DNA of 64,000 nucleotides from assembly GCA_963422375.2 (NCBI GenBank), contig OY729427.2:1472001-1536000 (forward strand). The letters are read 5' to 3'. A program made the position numbers and the translations under genes. The notes beneath the pieces were generated by a model that saw only the letters and a program-made list of their open reading frames with translations, ran no database searches and was not told the origin of the DNA. This document shows positions 53,965-63,453 of this stretch, piece after piece (positions within the stretch are counted from its first letter, which is position 1; each line of letters begins with the position of its first letter). This DNA comes from Bryobacterales bacterium. GTDB taxonomy: Bacteria > Acidobacteriota > Terriglobia > Bryobacterales > UBA6623.

Positions 53965-54774
53965 TCAGCGTCGCGCGCGGGCCGCTCCGGCGCTCTCCGC
54001 CGCCGCTCCGAAGGTCACGGTCGACGTCGCCCCGAACCGCTTGTAGGCGGCGTACCGGATCAGCAGCCTGACGCGCTGGCTGCCGGACGGGAACGGAAGG
54101 ACCTCGTCGCCGGCTGTGCGCGCGGGGAACCAGTGCCGGCCGTCGACCGGCTCGTATCGGGTCTCGAACGCCGGGAACAGATTGCTGTTCTCGATGCGAT
54201 GGATCTGGGGGACCGGGCGCCCCGCCGCCCGCACGACCTGGCCGTTAGCGACACCGACCCAGAGGAGGCCGTCGAAAAACCGCTGGCCGAGCAGGATCTG
54301 CTTGGGCCGCACCTGGAGCACGTGGCACTCCGCGCCGTCGACCGGCTCGACACCCTTGTAGCGCACCCTGTAGAAGCGCACCGTTTCCGAGGTCAGCACG
54401 AAGGGGTTCACCTCGCGCACGTCGCGGAAGTCCTCCTCGGTCATCCGCAGGCGGCTGAGCTGCAGGACCGGCGGCCTCCGGTGGCGCTCCACCCGCTGGC
54501 CCCTGCCGGTGAAGATCACGTCGCGGACCTCCTCGTAGCGGCCGACGACGATGCCGTTCTTGATTTCGTGGAACTTCAGCGACTGCGTGTAGGCGTATTG
54601 GTCACGCTCCGCGGCAAGCCTGCTGCCCGTTTCCGCGACATCGCGGACCAGGTTTCCGGGCATCTGGGCCGGAGCCGGGCCGGAAGCCGCGACAGCGGCG
54701 CAGGCCAAGAGAGACACCCGTCTCGACCGCCGACCGCGTCCGGCCTGCGCCGCGAGTTCCATTCTCGAGGTCAT
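53965..54774 (-). CDS. Hypothetical secreted protein (beta-rich, possibly LolA/sorting-protein-like)
   Basis: Signal-like N-terminus; Y.G.EPVDG..C.V..V.PK, FF.G.LWV, FP.FET and WFP motifs. Confidence 0.7.
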   Translation of the reverse strand: MTSRMELAAQAGRGRRSRRVSLLACAAVAASGPAPAQMPGNLVRDVAETGSRLAAERDQYAYTQSLKFHEIKNGIVVGRYEEVRDVIFTGRGQRVERHRRPPVLQLSRLRMTEEDFRDVREVNPFVLTSETVRFYRVRYKGVEPVDGAECHVLQVRPKQILLGQRFFDGLLWVGVANGQVVRAAGRPVPQIHRIENSNLFPAFETRYEPVDGRHWFPARTAGDEVLPFPSGSQRVRLLIRYAAYKRFGATSTVTFGAAAESAGAARARR

Positions 54775-54849
54775 TCTGGCACGGGCGCCCGCGTCTAGGG
54801 CACGCGGGCAGGCGCGGAATGCCGACCGTCCTGCCGCGGCCCCGGCGAG

Positions 54850-56343
54850 CTATCGAGAGGTGCGAAACGGAGAGGCGGGAAGCCCCGCCTTGCTGTAGAG
54901 GTTGCCCTTCGGGTCAGGCGCCCACGCGTAGCGCGCCCGGGCCGGCTCGCCGACCGCCGCGCTGGAGACCACCACGGTGCCGCCGTCGATCCTCGCGGTC
55001 GCCTCGACGAAGGCCCCTTCGGAGCCGGCCACCTCGAAACCCTCCAGCGCCGCGCCCCGGGACTCGAGACCGGAATCGGCATGGTCGAACCAGAGCCGCA
55101 GCGCACCCCCTTCCCGCGTCGCCTGCCGGAACAGCGGGCCCGAATACTCCAAGCCCGTCTCGCCGTAGGCCACCGCGCGGGCGGCCAGGGCCAGCCGCAG
55201 GCCCACGTCCTGCTTGTTGCGCGGATGGATGTCGGTCGGATTGCCGATGTCGATGGAAACAGCCATCCCCGTGCGGGCCAGGCCGAGGGCCATGGCCTGG
55301 GCCTCCCTGAGCTCGGGCCAGGTGCTGGTCTCCGGAACTCGCCCGTAGTTGGCGAGCTGGACGAACAGGAACGGGAAGTCCCCGATGCCCCACGCCGTCC
55401 TCCAGTCCTCGATCAGAGCCCGGAAGAGACGGCGGTAGAGGATGCCCTGGCCCCGCCCGGCGTTGTTCTCGCCCTGATACCAGATGGCTCCGCGCACCGC
55501 GTAAGGCGTCAGGGGCGCGATCATGGCGTTGAACAGCGCGGCCGGCTGGTGCGGCGGGCGCAGCGCCCTCGGCAGCGGGGGCTCCCGGGGAGCGTCCTTG
55601 CCCGCGGCCTTGGCAGCCGCCGCCCGCGCCTCCCAGTCGACCATCGCCTTCGCTCGCGCAGCTCGCGCCTCGCTCGCTTCCGCTTTGAAGGCCGCGACCA
55701 TCGCCGACAGCTCGGCGTCACCGGACAGAGTCCCGATGCTGGTCCAGGCCTCGGCCGGAGTCCCGCCCCAGGCGGACTGGATGACGCCGACGGGAACATC
55801 CAGCTCGCCGTGCAGGTGCCGGGCGAAGAAGTACCCGACTCCCGAGAACCCCGGCACGGAGGAGGGCGACACGACCTGCCAGCGCCCCTTCATGTCGTCG
55901 AGGGGCTCGCCGGAAGCGGCCAGCTCCACCTTCAGGTAGCGGATGCCGGGATGCCGGGCGGCCGCGATCTCCTTCTCGGCGTCCCGGGAGCGCTGGACCG
56001 GCCAGACCATGTTGGACTGGCCCGAGGCGACCCACACCTCGCCGACGTGAACGTCCCGCAGCGAGACGCGGTTCGCGCCGCGCACCTCTAGGGCGAACGG
56101 GCCGCCCGCGCCCGACGGCTCGAGATACACTTCCCAGCGACCGCCCTCCGACGCCGCGGTCACGGCCCGGCGCGTGTCGAGCTGGACCTCCACCGACTCG
56201 CCCGGGTCGGCCCAGCCCCACACGTGGACCGGCAGGTCCCGCTGCACGACCATGTGGTCGCCGAACAGCGCCGGTAGCCGCACGTCGGCCGAGAGCGCGG
56301 CGGACAGGAGGAGGGTGGACAGGAACAGCGCCGGTCGCGTCAT
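54850..56343 (-). CDS. Sialate O-acetylesterase (SGNH/DUF303) family protein
   Basis: GEVWVASGQSNM, WGGT.AEAW, IWYQGENN, VQLANY, DIHPRNK and LPASPFRT. Confidence 0.92.
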   Translation of the reverse strand: MTRPALFLSTLLLSAALSADVRLPALFGDHMVVQRDLPVHVWGWADPGESVEVQLDTRRAVTAASEGGRWEVYLEPSGAGGPFALEVRGANRVSLRDVHVGEVWVASGQSNMVWPVQRSRDAEKEIAAARHPGIRYLKVELAASGEPLDDMKGRWQVVSPSSVPGFSGVGYFFARHLHGELDVPVGVIQSAWGGTPAEAWTSIGTLSGDAELSAMVAAFKAEASEARAARAKAMVDWEARAAAAKAAGKDAPREPPLPRALRPPHQPAALFNAMIAPLTPYAVRGAIWYQGENNAGRGQGILYRRLFRALIEDWRTAWGIGDFPFLFVQLANYGRVPETSTWPELREAQAMALGLARTGMAVSIDIGNPTDIHPRNKQDVGLRLALAARAVAYGETGLEYSGPLFRQATREGGALRLWFDHADSGLESRGAALEGFEVAGSEGAFVEATARIDGGTVVVSSAAVGEPARARYAWAPDPKGNLYSKAGLPASPFRTSR

Positions 56344-56391
56344 AGCAGGGCCATTGTCCCACGCGAGCAGGACCGCTCCGACCCGCGCCGG

Positions 56392-56748
56392 TCAGTCGCG
56401 CGGCGCCGCGAACGCCGCGGGAGCCAGGCAGGCGTCGATCCAGCGCAGGTACAAGGCGTTGCCCCGATCGAGCCGGCTGGCAACCAGCTCGAACACCTCG
56501 TAGGGATGCAGCTCGCGAACCGCCCGCTCCAAGGCCGGGAATCGGTCGGCACGCGTCTTGATCAGCAGCAGCGACTCGTCCTCTTCCTCGACCTTTCCCC
56601 GCCATTCGTAGACCGACCGCAGGCCCGGCACGACGTTGACGCAGGCGCAGACCCGCCGCCGGACGAGCTCGCGGGCGATGCCGGGTGCCCTGGCGGGCGG
56701 GCAGGTGCAGAGGGCGACCAGGTAGGCGCTGGGGTCGTGTTCCGGCAT
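56392..56748 (-). CDS. cutA: Divalent-cation tolerance protein CutA
   Basis: ACVN, SVYEWRGK, E.LLLIKT, HPYEV and YLRWI. Confidence 0.93.
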   Translation of the reverse strand: MPEHDPSAYLVALCTCPPARAPGIARELVRRRVCACVNVVPGLRSVYEWRGKVEEEDESLLLIKTRADRFPALERAVRELHPYEVFELVASRLDRGNALYLRWIDACLAPAAFAAPRD

Positions 56749-56812
56749 GGCTCGACTCTCGGACGTTGTCTCTGCCTATCGTGCCACGCCGGGGCGCCCG
56801 GCGGGGGCCCGG

Positions 56813-59182
56813 CTACCTCAGCGGCAGGGGGTAGGCCGGCCGCGCCAGGAGCTTGGTCTCGACCGCCGCTTCGTAGTGGGACACCAGCCGTCCCACGGCG
56901 GCGTCGGAGGCCCACCGGCTCTCGACCGCCCTGCGCGCCTCGCGGGCCAGCGCCGCCGCCCTGGCCCCGTCCGACAGCAGGCCCGCCACGGCGCGGGCGA
57001 AGGCCTGCGGCCGGTCTTCGATCTCGGCCATGCCGCCCCCCCGCTCGCAGAGCCCCTCGGCCGCGAGGGTTGTCGCCACCACCGGAATGCCGCAGGCGAA
57101 CGCCTCGAGGACCTTGACGCGGACGCCCGAACCCGACAGGATCGGCGCGACGAACACCGCGTAGCGCAGCAGCACCTCGCGGATGTCGTCCACGCCGCCG
57201 AGAAACTCGACGTCGGGGCCCGCGATGCGGGCGGCCAGCGGCTCGGGCGCGTCGGCACCCGCGACCACCAAGCGGGCCTGCGGCCGCTGCTTGCGCACGG
57301 CCGGCAGGACGCGCTCCCGGAAGAAGGCCAGGCCGGCCGCGTTCGGCGGGTGGCGGAAGTTCCCGACGAACAGGATCGTGTCGGGCTCTCGCCCCTCGAG
57401 CCGGAACGGGTAGCTGGCGACGTCCACGGCCGTGCGCAGGTTTTCCAGCACAGGGGGGCCGTCGCGCAGCAACGCCTGCAAGGTCCGCCGCTGCGCGGCG
57501 CTGCAAACCTGCACCGCGTCGAACCGGGGCAGGGCCCGCAGCTCGAACCGCAGCGCCCGCAGGTATTCATAGGCGCGCGCGGCCGCCCGGACCGGTCCGC
57601 CCGCGTAGATCGACCGCTGGACGGACTGGAAGTGCAGGTCGTGCTCGAAGAGGCAGCAAACGACTTGACGGAACTCCTCGCCGTACGACGCGAGCTGCGC
57701 GTACTCCAGCTGGACGACGTCGATGCGCCGGAGCAGGACCGTGCGATGGATCCTCCACAGGAAGTCCGGATCCCAGTAGCATTGGGCCGCGTGCGGCCAG
57801 AGCAGCGGCGCCCCTCGCGTCGGACGCGGCGCGCGCAGCACCAGCTCGGCGCCGGCGCAGCGCCGCTCCAGCTCCGCCTGCGCCGCGAGGTCCGCGTCCC
57901 GCTCGACCATGCAGAGCACGTGGAGGCGGCAGCGCGCGGCGAGGCCGTCGACGGCCTGCTTCATGAAGACCGCGCCGCCGTGCCTCGGGGGCTCGATCGG
58001 GTACGGCGACACGAAGAGGACATTGAGGTCGCCCGAGGGCTTGTTCCGCAGGCGGTGGTACCGGTCCCGGAAGTAGCCGCCCAGCGGTCGCCGGAGGGCC
58101 TCCCCGTCGCGAATCTCGGCGCGCAAGCGTGCGGAAACGCGACGCCCGACCGCCCGAGGCGCCTGTCCCGCGGCCTGCAGGAAGGCGGTCGCGCCCGGAC
58201 GCCCGGGCACGGCCCTCGCGAACAGCGAGATCCACATGTCGGCGTACAGCCAGGCGAAGTGCGCCAGCAGGCGCCTGCGGTGATGCATGTTCTTCCAGGC
58301 GAAGAGCAGGCGGTTCTTCTGCACGACCCGGTCGATGTACTGCCGGCTGAAGTGCTTGCCGATCGTGCCCCGGTGCTCGTGATGCAGCCTGCTGGCGGGG
58401 GCGTACAGGTTGATCCAGCCGCGCTTCCAAGCCATGTAGGAAAGGTCGACGTCCTCCACGTAGAACGGAGCGAAGATCTCGTCGAAGCCTCCGAGCTCGA
58501 GGATCTTGTGCCGGTCGTAGGCCGAGGATCCTCCCCCGGAATAGAACGTGGGGAAGATTTCGTTCACCTGCGGGTCCGCCACGTGCTGCAAGTGGATCTG
58601 GCCGCGGTGCCAGCGGCCCATCGTGAGGCCGGTCTCCTCCCGCGGCGCGGACGGATCGGCGAGGAAGATCTGGCCCGTAACCGAGAACACCCGCGGGTCC
58701 CGAAAACCGTCCACCAGCGGCTGCAGGAAGCCGGGATCGACGCGCATGTCGTTGTTGAGAAGCACTACAATGTCGTGCCGGGCGAGGCCGAACCCGGCAT
58801 TGGAGGCCCGTCCGAACCCGAGGTTCGACCCGAGCTCGACCACCCGCACCGAAGGGAACTGGCGGGCGAGGAACTCGGCCGTGCCGTCGTCGGACCCGTT
58901 CTCCATGACGAGAATCTCGTGCTCCGGGTTGGACGCCAGGGCGTCGACGAGAGCGGGCAGGTTCCGGGCGAGCTGCTCCCTGCCGTTCCAAGTCGGAATC
59001 ACGACGCTGACTGCCTTCTTGGAGACCTCCCGGGCGACGCCGGGCCGCTTGCGCCGCGCAAGCGACGCCGCCGCGTCGGCGAGCAGGAGCAGCGCCGCGA
59101 CCAAGGCGAGCAGGACCGGCGCCGCGAGCACCAGGAAGGCCGCGATGGCGGGAACGGCGATCCAGGCCCGGAAGCGACTCAC
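56813..59182 (-). CDS. Bifunctional glycosyltransferase (GT2 + GT4 fusion) with N-terminal TM segment
   Basis: GT2 part: SVVIPTWNG, ENGSDDG, LLNND, FYVEDVDL. GT4 part: FVGNFRHPPN, GSGVRVKVLEAFACGIPVV. Confidence 0.9.
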   Translation of the reverse strand: MSRFRAWIAVPAIAAFLVLAAPVLLALVAALLLLADAAASLARRKRPGVAREVSKKAVSVVIPTWNGREQLARNLPALVDALASNPEHEILVMENGSDDGTAEFLARQFPSVRVVELGSNLGFGRASNAGFGLARHDIVVLLNNDMRVDPGFLQPLVDGFRDPRVFSVTGQIFLADPSAPREETGLTMGRWHRGQIHLQHVADPQVNEIFPTFYSGGGSSAYDRHKILELGGFDEIFAPFYVEDVDLSYMAWKRGWINLYAPASRLHHEHRGTIGKHFSRQYIDRVVQKNRLLFAWKNMHHRRRLLAHFAWLYADMWISLFARAVPGRPGATAFLQAAGQAPRAVGRRVSARLRAEIRDGEALRRPLGGYFRDRYHRLRNKPSGDLNVLFVSPYPIEPPRHGGAVFMKQAVDGLAARCRLHVLCMVERDADLAAQAELERRCAGAELVLRAPRPTRGAPLLWPHAAQCYWDPDFLWRIHRTVLLRRIDVVQLEYAQLASYGEEFRQVVCCLFEHDLHFQSVQRSIYAGGPVRAAARAYEYLRALRFELRALPRFDAVQVCSAAQRRTLQALLRDGPPVLENLRTAVDVASYPFRLEGREPDTILFVGNFRHPPNAAGLAFFRERVLPAVRKQRPQARLVVAGADAPEPLAARIAGPDVEFLGGVDDIREVLLRYAVFVAPILSGSGVRVKVLEAFACGIPVVATTLAAEGLCERGGGMAEIEDRPQAFARAVAGLLSDGARAAALAREARRAVESRWASDAAVGRLVSHYEAAVETKLLARPAYPLPLR

Positions 59183-60462
59183 CGCCTCACCACCGGCGAC
59201 GCCGGGCCCGGTCCGACACGGACCCGGCAGGGCAGGTGCAGGTACCCGTAGACCTCGCCCGCGCCCCGGGCCATCGGAAGCGACAGCGCGTTGTCGATCC
59301 AGTCGCAGATCTCGTAGTCGCCCAGCCCGCCGTCCGCGACCGCCGGCGCGAACGAGAACGAGCCCGCGTAGAGCTCCGGCATGTCGAGGTGGAAATCGAC
59401 CGTGCGGACCTCGCCGGGCTGCATCGGATCCAGCACGGTGCCCTCGCGAGCCGTGTTGGTGCCCGCGAAGTCGATGCCTAGGTGGTTCCGCATCATGAAG
59501 CCGATGATCGGCCTCGCGACGGGCACCCTGGCGCGAGCGGTGACCCGCACGACGGCGCGCTGGTTCGGCGCGAGAGCGCGCGCGGCACGGCCGCTGCCGT
59601 CGAGCACGGCGACCCCCGTGATCTCCGCCCGGCCGCTGCCGAAGCGGCGGTCGGCGTTCGGGACGCCCTCCGCGGCGCGGATCTCGGGAGGGACGGCCGC
59701 GGGGCCGTCGTCGCCGGCCCGTCGCTCGCGGTCCCGCGCGGTCATGCGAGCCAGGTACTTGCGCACCACGGTCGGCGGGTCGCCCTCTTCCGCCACGCGC
59801 CCCGCGTCGAGCCATAGCGCGCGGGTGCCGAGCGCTTGGACGTCGGACATGGAGTGCGACACGAGCAGGATGGTCACGCTCCGGGCGCGCAGCTCGTGGA
59901 CCTTGCGCATGCAGCGCTGGCGGAAGTAGTAGTCGCCGACCGCGAGCGCCTCGTCCACCAGCAGGATCTCGGGCTCGACGCTGATGGCGACGGCGAACGC
60001 CAGCCTCAGCAGCATGCCCGTCGAGTACGTCTTGACCGGTCGGTCCATGAAATCGCCGATCTCGGCGAAAGCCTCGATGTCGGGGAAGCGCCCGCGAGTT
60101 TCGCGGGCCGACAGGCCGAACAGAGCCGCGCTGAGGCGAGCGTTCTCGCGCCCGGTGAATTCCGGGTGGAAGCCCGCGCCGAGCTCGAGCAGCGCTGCCA
60201 CCCGGCCCTCGACCTCGACGGTCCCGGCCGACGGCCGCAGAATCCGCGCCGCGAGCTGCAGGGAAGTGCTCTTGCCGGAGCCGTTGGCCCCGATCAGGCA
60301 AAGCGTCTCGCCGGTCCCTACCTCGAACGACACGTTCCGCAGGGCGCGGATCCGAGGCCCTGCCCCAGGCCGTCCGGAACAAACCAGCTCTCGCAGACGG
60401 CGGGTCGGGCGCGAGCAGGCGGAATAGCTCTTCGAGACTCCCGTGAAGGCGATCCTGGCCAA
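59179..60462 (-). CDS. wzt: Polysaccharide ABC exporter ATPase with C-terminal Wzt_C domain
   Basis: GANGSGKST, LLELGAGFHPEFTGREN, YSTGM..RLAFA and DEALAVGD; C-terminal extension starting RFGSG. Confidence 0.92.
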   Translation of the reverse strand: MARIAFTGVSKSYSACSRPTRRLRELVCSGRPGAGPRIRALRNVSFEVGTGETLCLIGANGSGKSTSLQLAARILRPSAGTVEVEGRVAALLELGAGFHPEFTGRENARLSAALFGLSARETRGRFPDIEAFAEIGDFMDRPVKTYSTGMLLRLAFAVAISVEPEILLVDEALAVGDYYFRQRCMRKVHELRARSVTILLVSHSMSDVQALGTRALWLDAGRVAEEGDPPTVVRKYLARMTARDRERRAGDDGPAAVPPEIRAAEGVPNADRRFGSGRAEITGVAVLDGSGRAARALAPNQRAVVRVTARARVPVARPIIGFMMRNHLGIDFAGTNTAREGTVLDPMQPGEVRTVDFHLDMPELYAGSFSFAPAVADGGLGDYEICDWIDNALSLPMARGAGEVYGYLHLPCRVRVGPGPASPVVRR

Positions 60463-60538
60463 GGATGCGAAGCCGCGCGCCCAGCGCCCGCCCTCCTATG
60501 GTATGCGCTGCGGGCCGCCCCGCCGGCCCTCGCGGAGG

Positions 60539-61321
60539 CTATAGAACGTCCGCGAAGCCCGCGCTGGCCCGCCGGAAGAAGAGGCGTCCGCCGACCAAGG
60601 CGGCCACGGCCGCGCCGCACAGAGCGGCGGCACCGACGAGACCGGGCGGCTGCCCGCCGAGGAGCGCCGACCGGTAGCCGAGCACGGCGTAGCGGAGCGG
60701 GTTCCACGCGAGCAGCGCGTCCAGCCCGTTCCGGTAGAAGACTTCCGGCAGGAAGACCGGAGTCGCCCAGAACCAGGCCGTCAGCGCCACGCTCAGAACC
60801 TGGGATGTGTCGCGAAGATACACTTGGAGCGCGGCCACCACCCACGCCAGCCCCAAGCTCAGGCCGGCGAGCGGCGCGGCCCACAGCGGCAGCTGGAGCA
60901 GCGAGAGAGCCGGCGGGTGGCCGAGCGCCCACGCCGCGAGAACCAGCGCGGCGAGCGCGGCGGCGTGCCCGGCCGCCGTCGACAGAAGCACGCCGGCCGG
61001 GATGGCCTCGGACGGAAAGACGGTCTTCTTGATCAGATTCGCGCACTCGGTCAGCGAGCCGGCGGAGCGCGTCAGGGTCTCCGAGAAAAGCAGCCAGGGG
61101 AGCATCCCGCCGAGCAGGAAGAGCGGGTAGCTCTGGGTTGCCTCGTCGGGCGGCAGGCGCGCGCCGAAGGCGTGGCGGAACAGGAACGTGTAGACCGTCA
61201 GGAGCACTAGCGGATGGAGGACGGTCCACAGCCACCCGAGGAGCGACCCGACGTAGCGCTGCCTGAAGTCTCGCAGCGCCAGCTGGTACAGCAGCCCGGC
61301 CGCTGGGCGAATTGGCAGCAT
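60539..61321 (-). CDS. wzm: Polysaccharide ABC exporter permease
   Basis: RDF..RY.GS.LG.LW, LIKK.VFP, RD and WF..TPV...NP motifs. Confidence 0.9.
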   Translation of the reverse strand: MLPIRPAAGLLYQLALRDFRQRYVGSLLGWLWTVLHPLVLLTVYTFLFRHAFGARLPPDEATQSYPLFLLGGMLPWLLFSETLTRSAGSLTECANLIKKTVFPSEAIPAGVLLSTAAGHAAALAALVLAAWALGHPPALSLLQLPLWAAPLAGLSLGLAWVVAALQVYLRDTSQVLSVALTAWFWATPVFLPEVFYRNGLDALLAWNPLRYAVLGYRSALLGGQPPGLVGAAALCGAAVAALVGGRLFFRRASAGFADVL

Positions 61322-61359
61322 TCGAGGTTGCCGGCCCGGCGACCCTCCTCCGGCGCCCG

Positions 61360-63207
61360 CTACGGCCGCTCCGCGAGCTCCACCTGCGCGGCTAGCTCCT
61401 TGCCGTCCCGGAGAACGAGGACCCTGACGACATCTCCGGCTTCGGACTCGCGCAGCGCGTATGTGAAATCGTAGAGATTCGCGATCGGAGCGCCGTTCCA
61501 GCCGGTCAGGATGTCCCCGGCTCGCAAGCCCGCTTCGGCCGCGGGCGAGCCCGGCCGCACGTCGGCGAACTTGACGCCTTCGGGAACCTCGCCGAAGTCA
61601 GGGACGGACCCGAACCAAGGGCCGTACCCGCTCCCCGCGCCGTCGCCGCCCGGGCGGCCGCGGCCGGACTCCGGCGACGGCTCCACGAAGGCGAGACGCT
61701 CGGGCAGGGAGGCGAGACCATCGGCGATCTCCTCGGCGAGCGCGACCAAGCCGATCGCGGCCTCGCCGTCGATCTTGTCCGCGGTGTCGCTCGGCTTGTG
61801 GTAGTCGGAGTGCAGGCCGGAGAAGAAGAAGAGCACGGGGATCTTCCTAGCCGCGAACGACGTGTGATCGCTCGAGCTGTTGGCGCTGCGGGAGGTGTCG
61901 ACGCGCAGATCCCTCCTGGCCGCGGCCTGCCCGACTAGATCCTCGAAGGGCTCGGCCGTGCCGATGCCGCCGACGTACAGCTTGCTGTCTTCGATGCGCC
62001 CGACCATGTCGAAGTTCAGCATCGCGACAGCGTCCTCCAAGGGAAGCGTGGGATTGTCCACCCAGTGGCTCGAGCCGAGCAGTCCGATCTCCTCTCCCGC
62101 GAACGCGAGGAAGAGGGCCCCGAGCCGGGAGGGCTGCCGGCGACTCGAGAGCCTTGCGGCCAGTTCCAGGACTGCGGCCACGCCCGAGGCGTTGTCGTCC
62201 GCTCCGTGATGGATCTCGCCGACTCGCGACGGTGCGAGGGATCCCTGGCCGCCGAGGCCCAGATGGTCGTAATGCGCCCCGAAAACGACATAGCCCCCGG
62301 TCTCGCCGGGCAGGTACGCGGCCACGTTGCTGACAGTTGCCCGCCGGTGCCGAACGTCGACGGCGAGGCCGACTCGCAGCGACGAAGCGAGCGCGAACGA
62401 CTGCGGCTTCCGCGATGTTTCGATGTCCCGTCGCAGCAGCCGCAGGGAGCGCCCCGAACCTCGCAGCCAGCGCTCGACGACGTCGCTCTTGACCTGCACC
62501 ATAGGGATGCCGGCGTCGGTGGGCCCCGAGACGCTGCCGAAACGGATCAGGCGGTCGCCGCGACGGCCCCGGCCGCGACCGTCAACGAGCAGCACCGCCT
62601 TGGCGCCCCGGTTGCGGGCCTGGATCGCCTTGGCGATCAGATGCGAGTGGCGCGTTAGCCGCCGACCCCTCTCCCCTCCTTCTCCGTCCCGCTCGCGGAA
62701 GAAGTCGGGCTCGTAGCGGAGAACCAGCACGATCTTGCCGCGCACGTCGAAATGGAAATAGTCGTCGTAGCCGAACTCCTCGGCGGTGGCCCCATAACCG
62801 GCAAACACCACCTCGCCCTCGACCTTGCCGCTCGCGGAGAAGTTGATCGGCACGTAGTCCTTGCCGACCTCGAGATCCTCGGCCCCCCGAGGGCGGTCCA
62901 CGCACATCGCGTTGCCTTCGCCCATGTCGGCGTCGGTGGTCAGCTCGAACGGCTGCAGGAAGCCGCCGTCCTCCCCGGCGGGCTGCAGCCCCGCGGCGCG
63001 GAACCGGGCGGCGATGTACTGTGCGGCACTGTCCAGTTCGGGCATGCCGGCACCCCGGCCGCGCATCTCCGGCGAGGCCAGGAAGCGCACGTGCTCCATG
63101 TACCGCTCCACAGCTGCCGGGTCGGGACCCGCCGGAGCGCCGAGGACCAGCGAGGTCCACGCAGCCGCCAGGAACCCGGCGAGCAGCGCGAGGCCGCCCG
63201 TCGGCAG
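61360..63207 (-). CDS. M28-family aminopeptidase with PA and PDZ domains
   Basis: GAHYDHLG, GADDNASG, GEEIGLLGS, NFDMVG, SDH, DYHKPSD and a C-terminal PDZ. Start unresolved: signal-like segment lies upstream of the first GTG (63111). Confidence 0.9.
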   Translation of the reverse strand: MPTGGLALLAGFLAAAWTSLVLGAPAGPDPAAVERYMEHVRFLASPEMRGRGAGMPELDSAAQYIAARFRAAGLQPAGEDGGFLQPFELTTDADMGEGNAMCVDRPRGAEDLEVGKDYVPINFSASGKVEGEVVFAGYGATAEEFGYDDYFHFDVRGKIVLVLRYEPDFFRERDGEGGERGRRLTRHSHLIAKAIQARNRGAKAVLLVDGRGRGRRGDRLIRFGSVSGPTDAGIPMVQVKSDVVERWLRGSGRSLRLLRRDIETSRKPQSFALASSLRVGLAVDVRHRRATVSNVAAYLPGETGGYVVFGAHYDHLGLGGQGSLAPSRVGEIHHGADDNASGVAAVLELAARLSSRRQPSRLGALFLAFAGEEIGLLGSSHWVDNPTLPLEDAVAMLNFDMVGRIEDSKLYVGGIGTAEPFEDLVGQAAARRDLRVDTSRSANSSSDHTSFAARKIPVLFFFSGLHSDYHKPSDTADKIDGEAAIGLVALAEEIADGLASLPERLAFVEPSPESGRGRPGGDGAGSGYGPWFGSVPDFGEVPEGVKFADVRPGSPAAEAGLRAGDILTGWNGAPIANLYDFTYALRESEAGDVVRVLVLRDGKELAAQVELAERP

Positions 63208-63453
63208 CGGCGGGGAATCGGAGGCTTGGGGAACGGCATGGGACGCCCGGGCTCGCGGTGCCTGCGCCTCTAGGACCTACGGGGGCGCGGCGACTCACCC
63301 GCCAGCGTCAAAAGAATCGACGCCGCGAGGCAGGGAAAGTTCCGACGGGCGCGGGACTCACATATATTGTGGCAGCTTGGAGCCGGGCTAGCGTCGTTCC
63401 GGCCGGACGGCGACAGGCCTCGGGGGGGGGGCGAGCCTCCTGCCTAACCGTGG

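Noticed and set aside
63422..63431. Intergenic G10 tract as a phase-variable promoter element
   Set aside because: No promoter boxes could be placed around it; unsupported.
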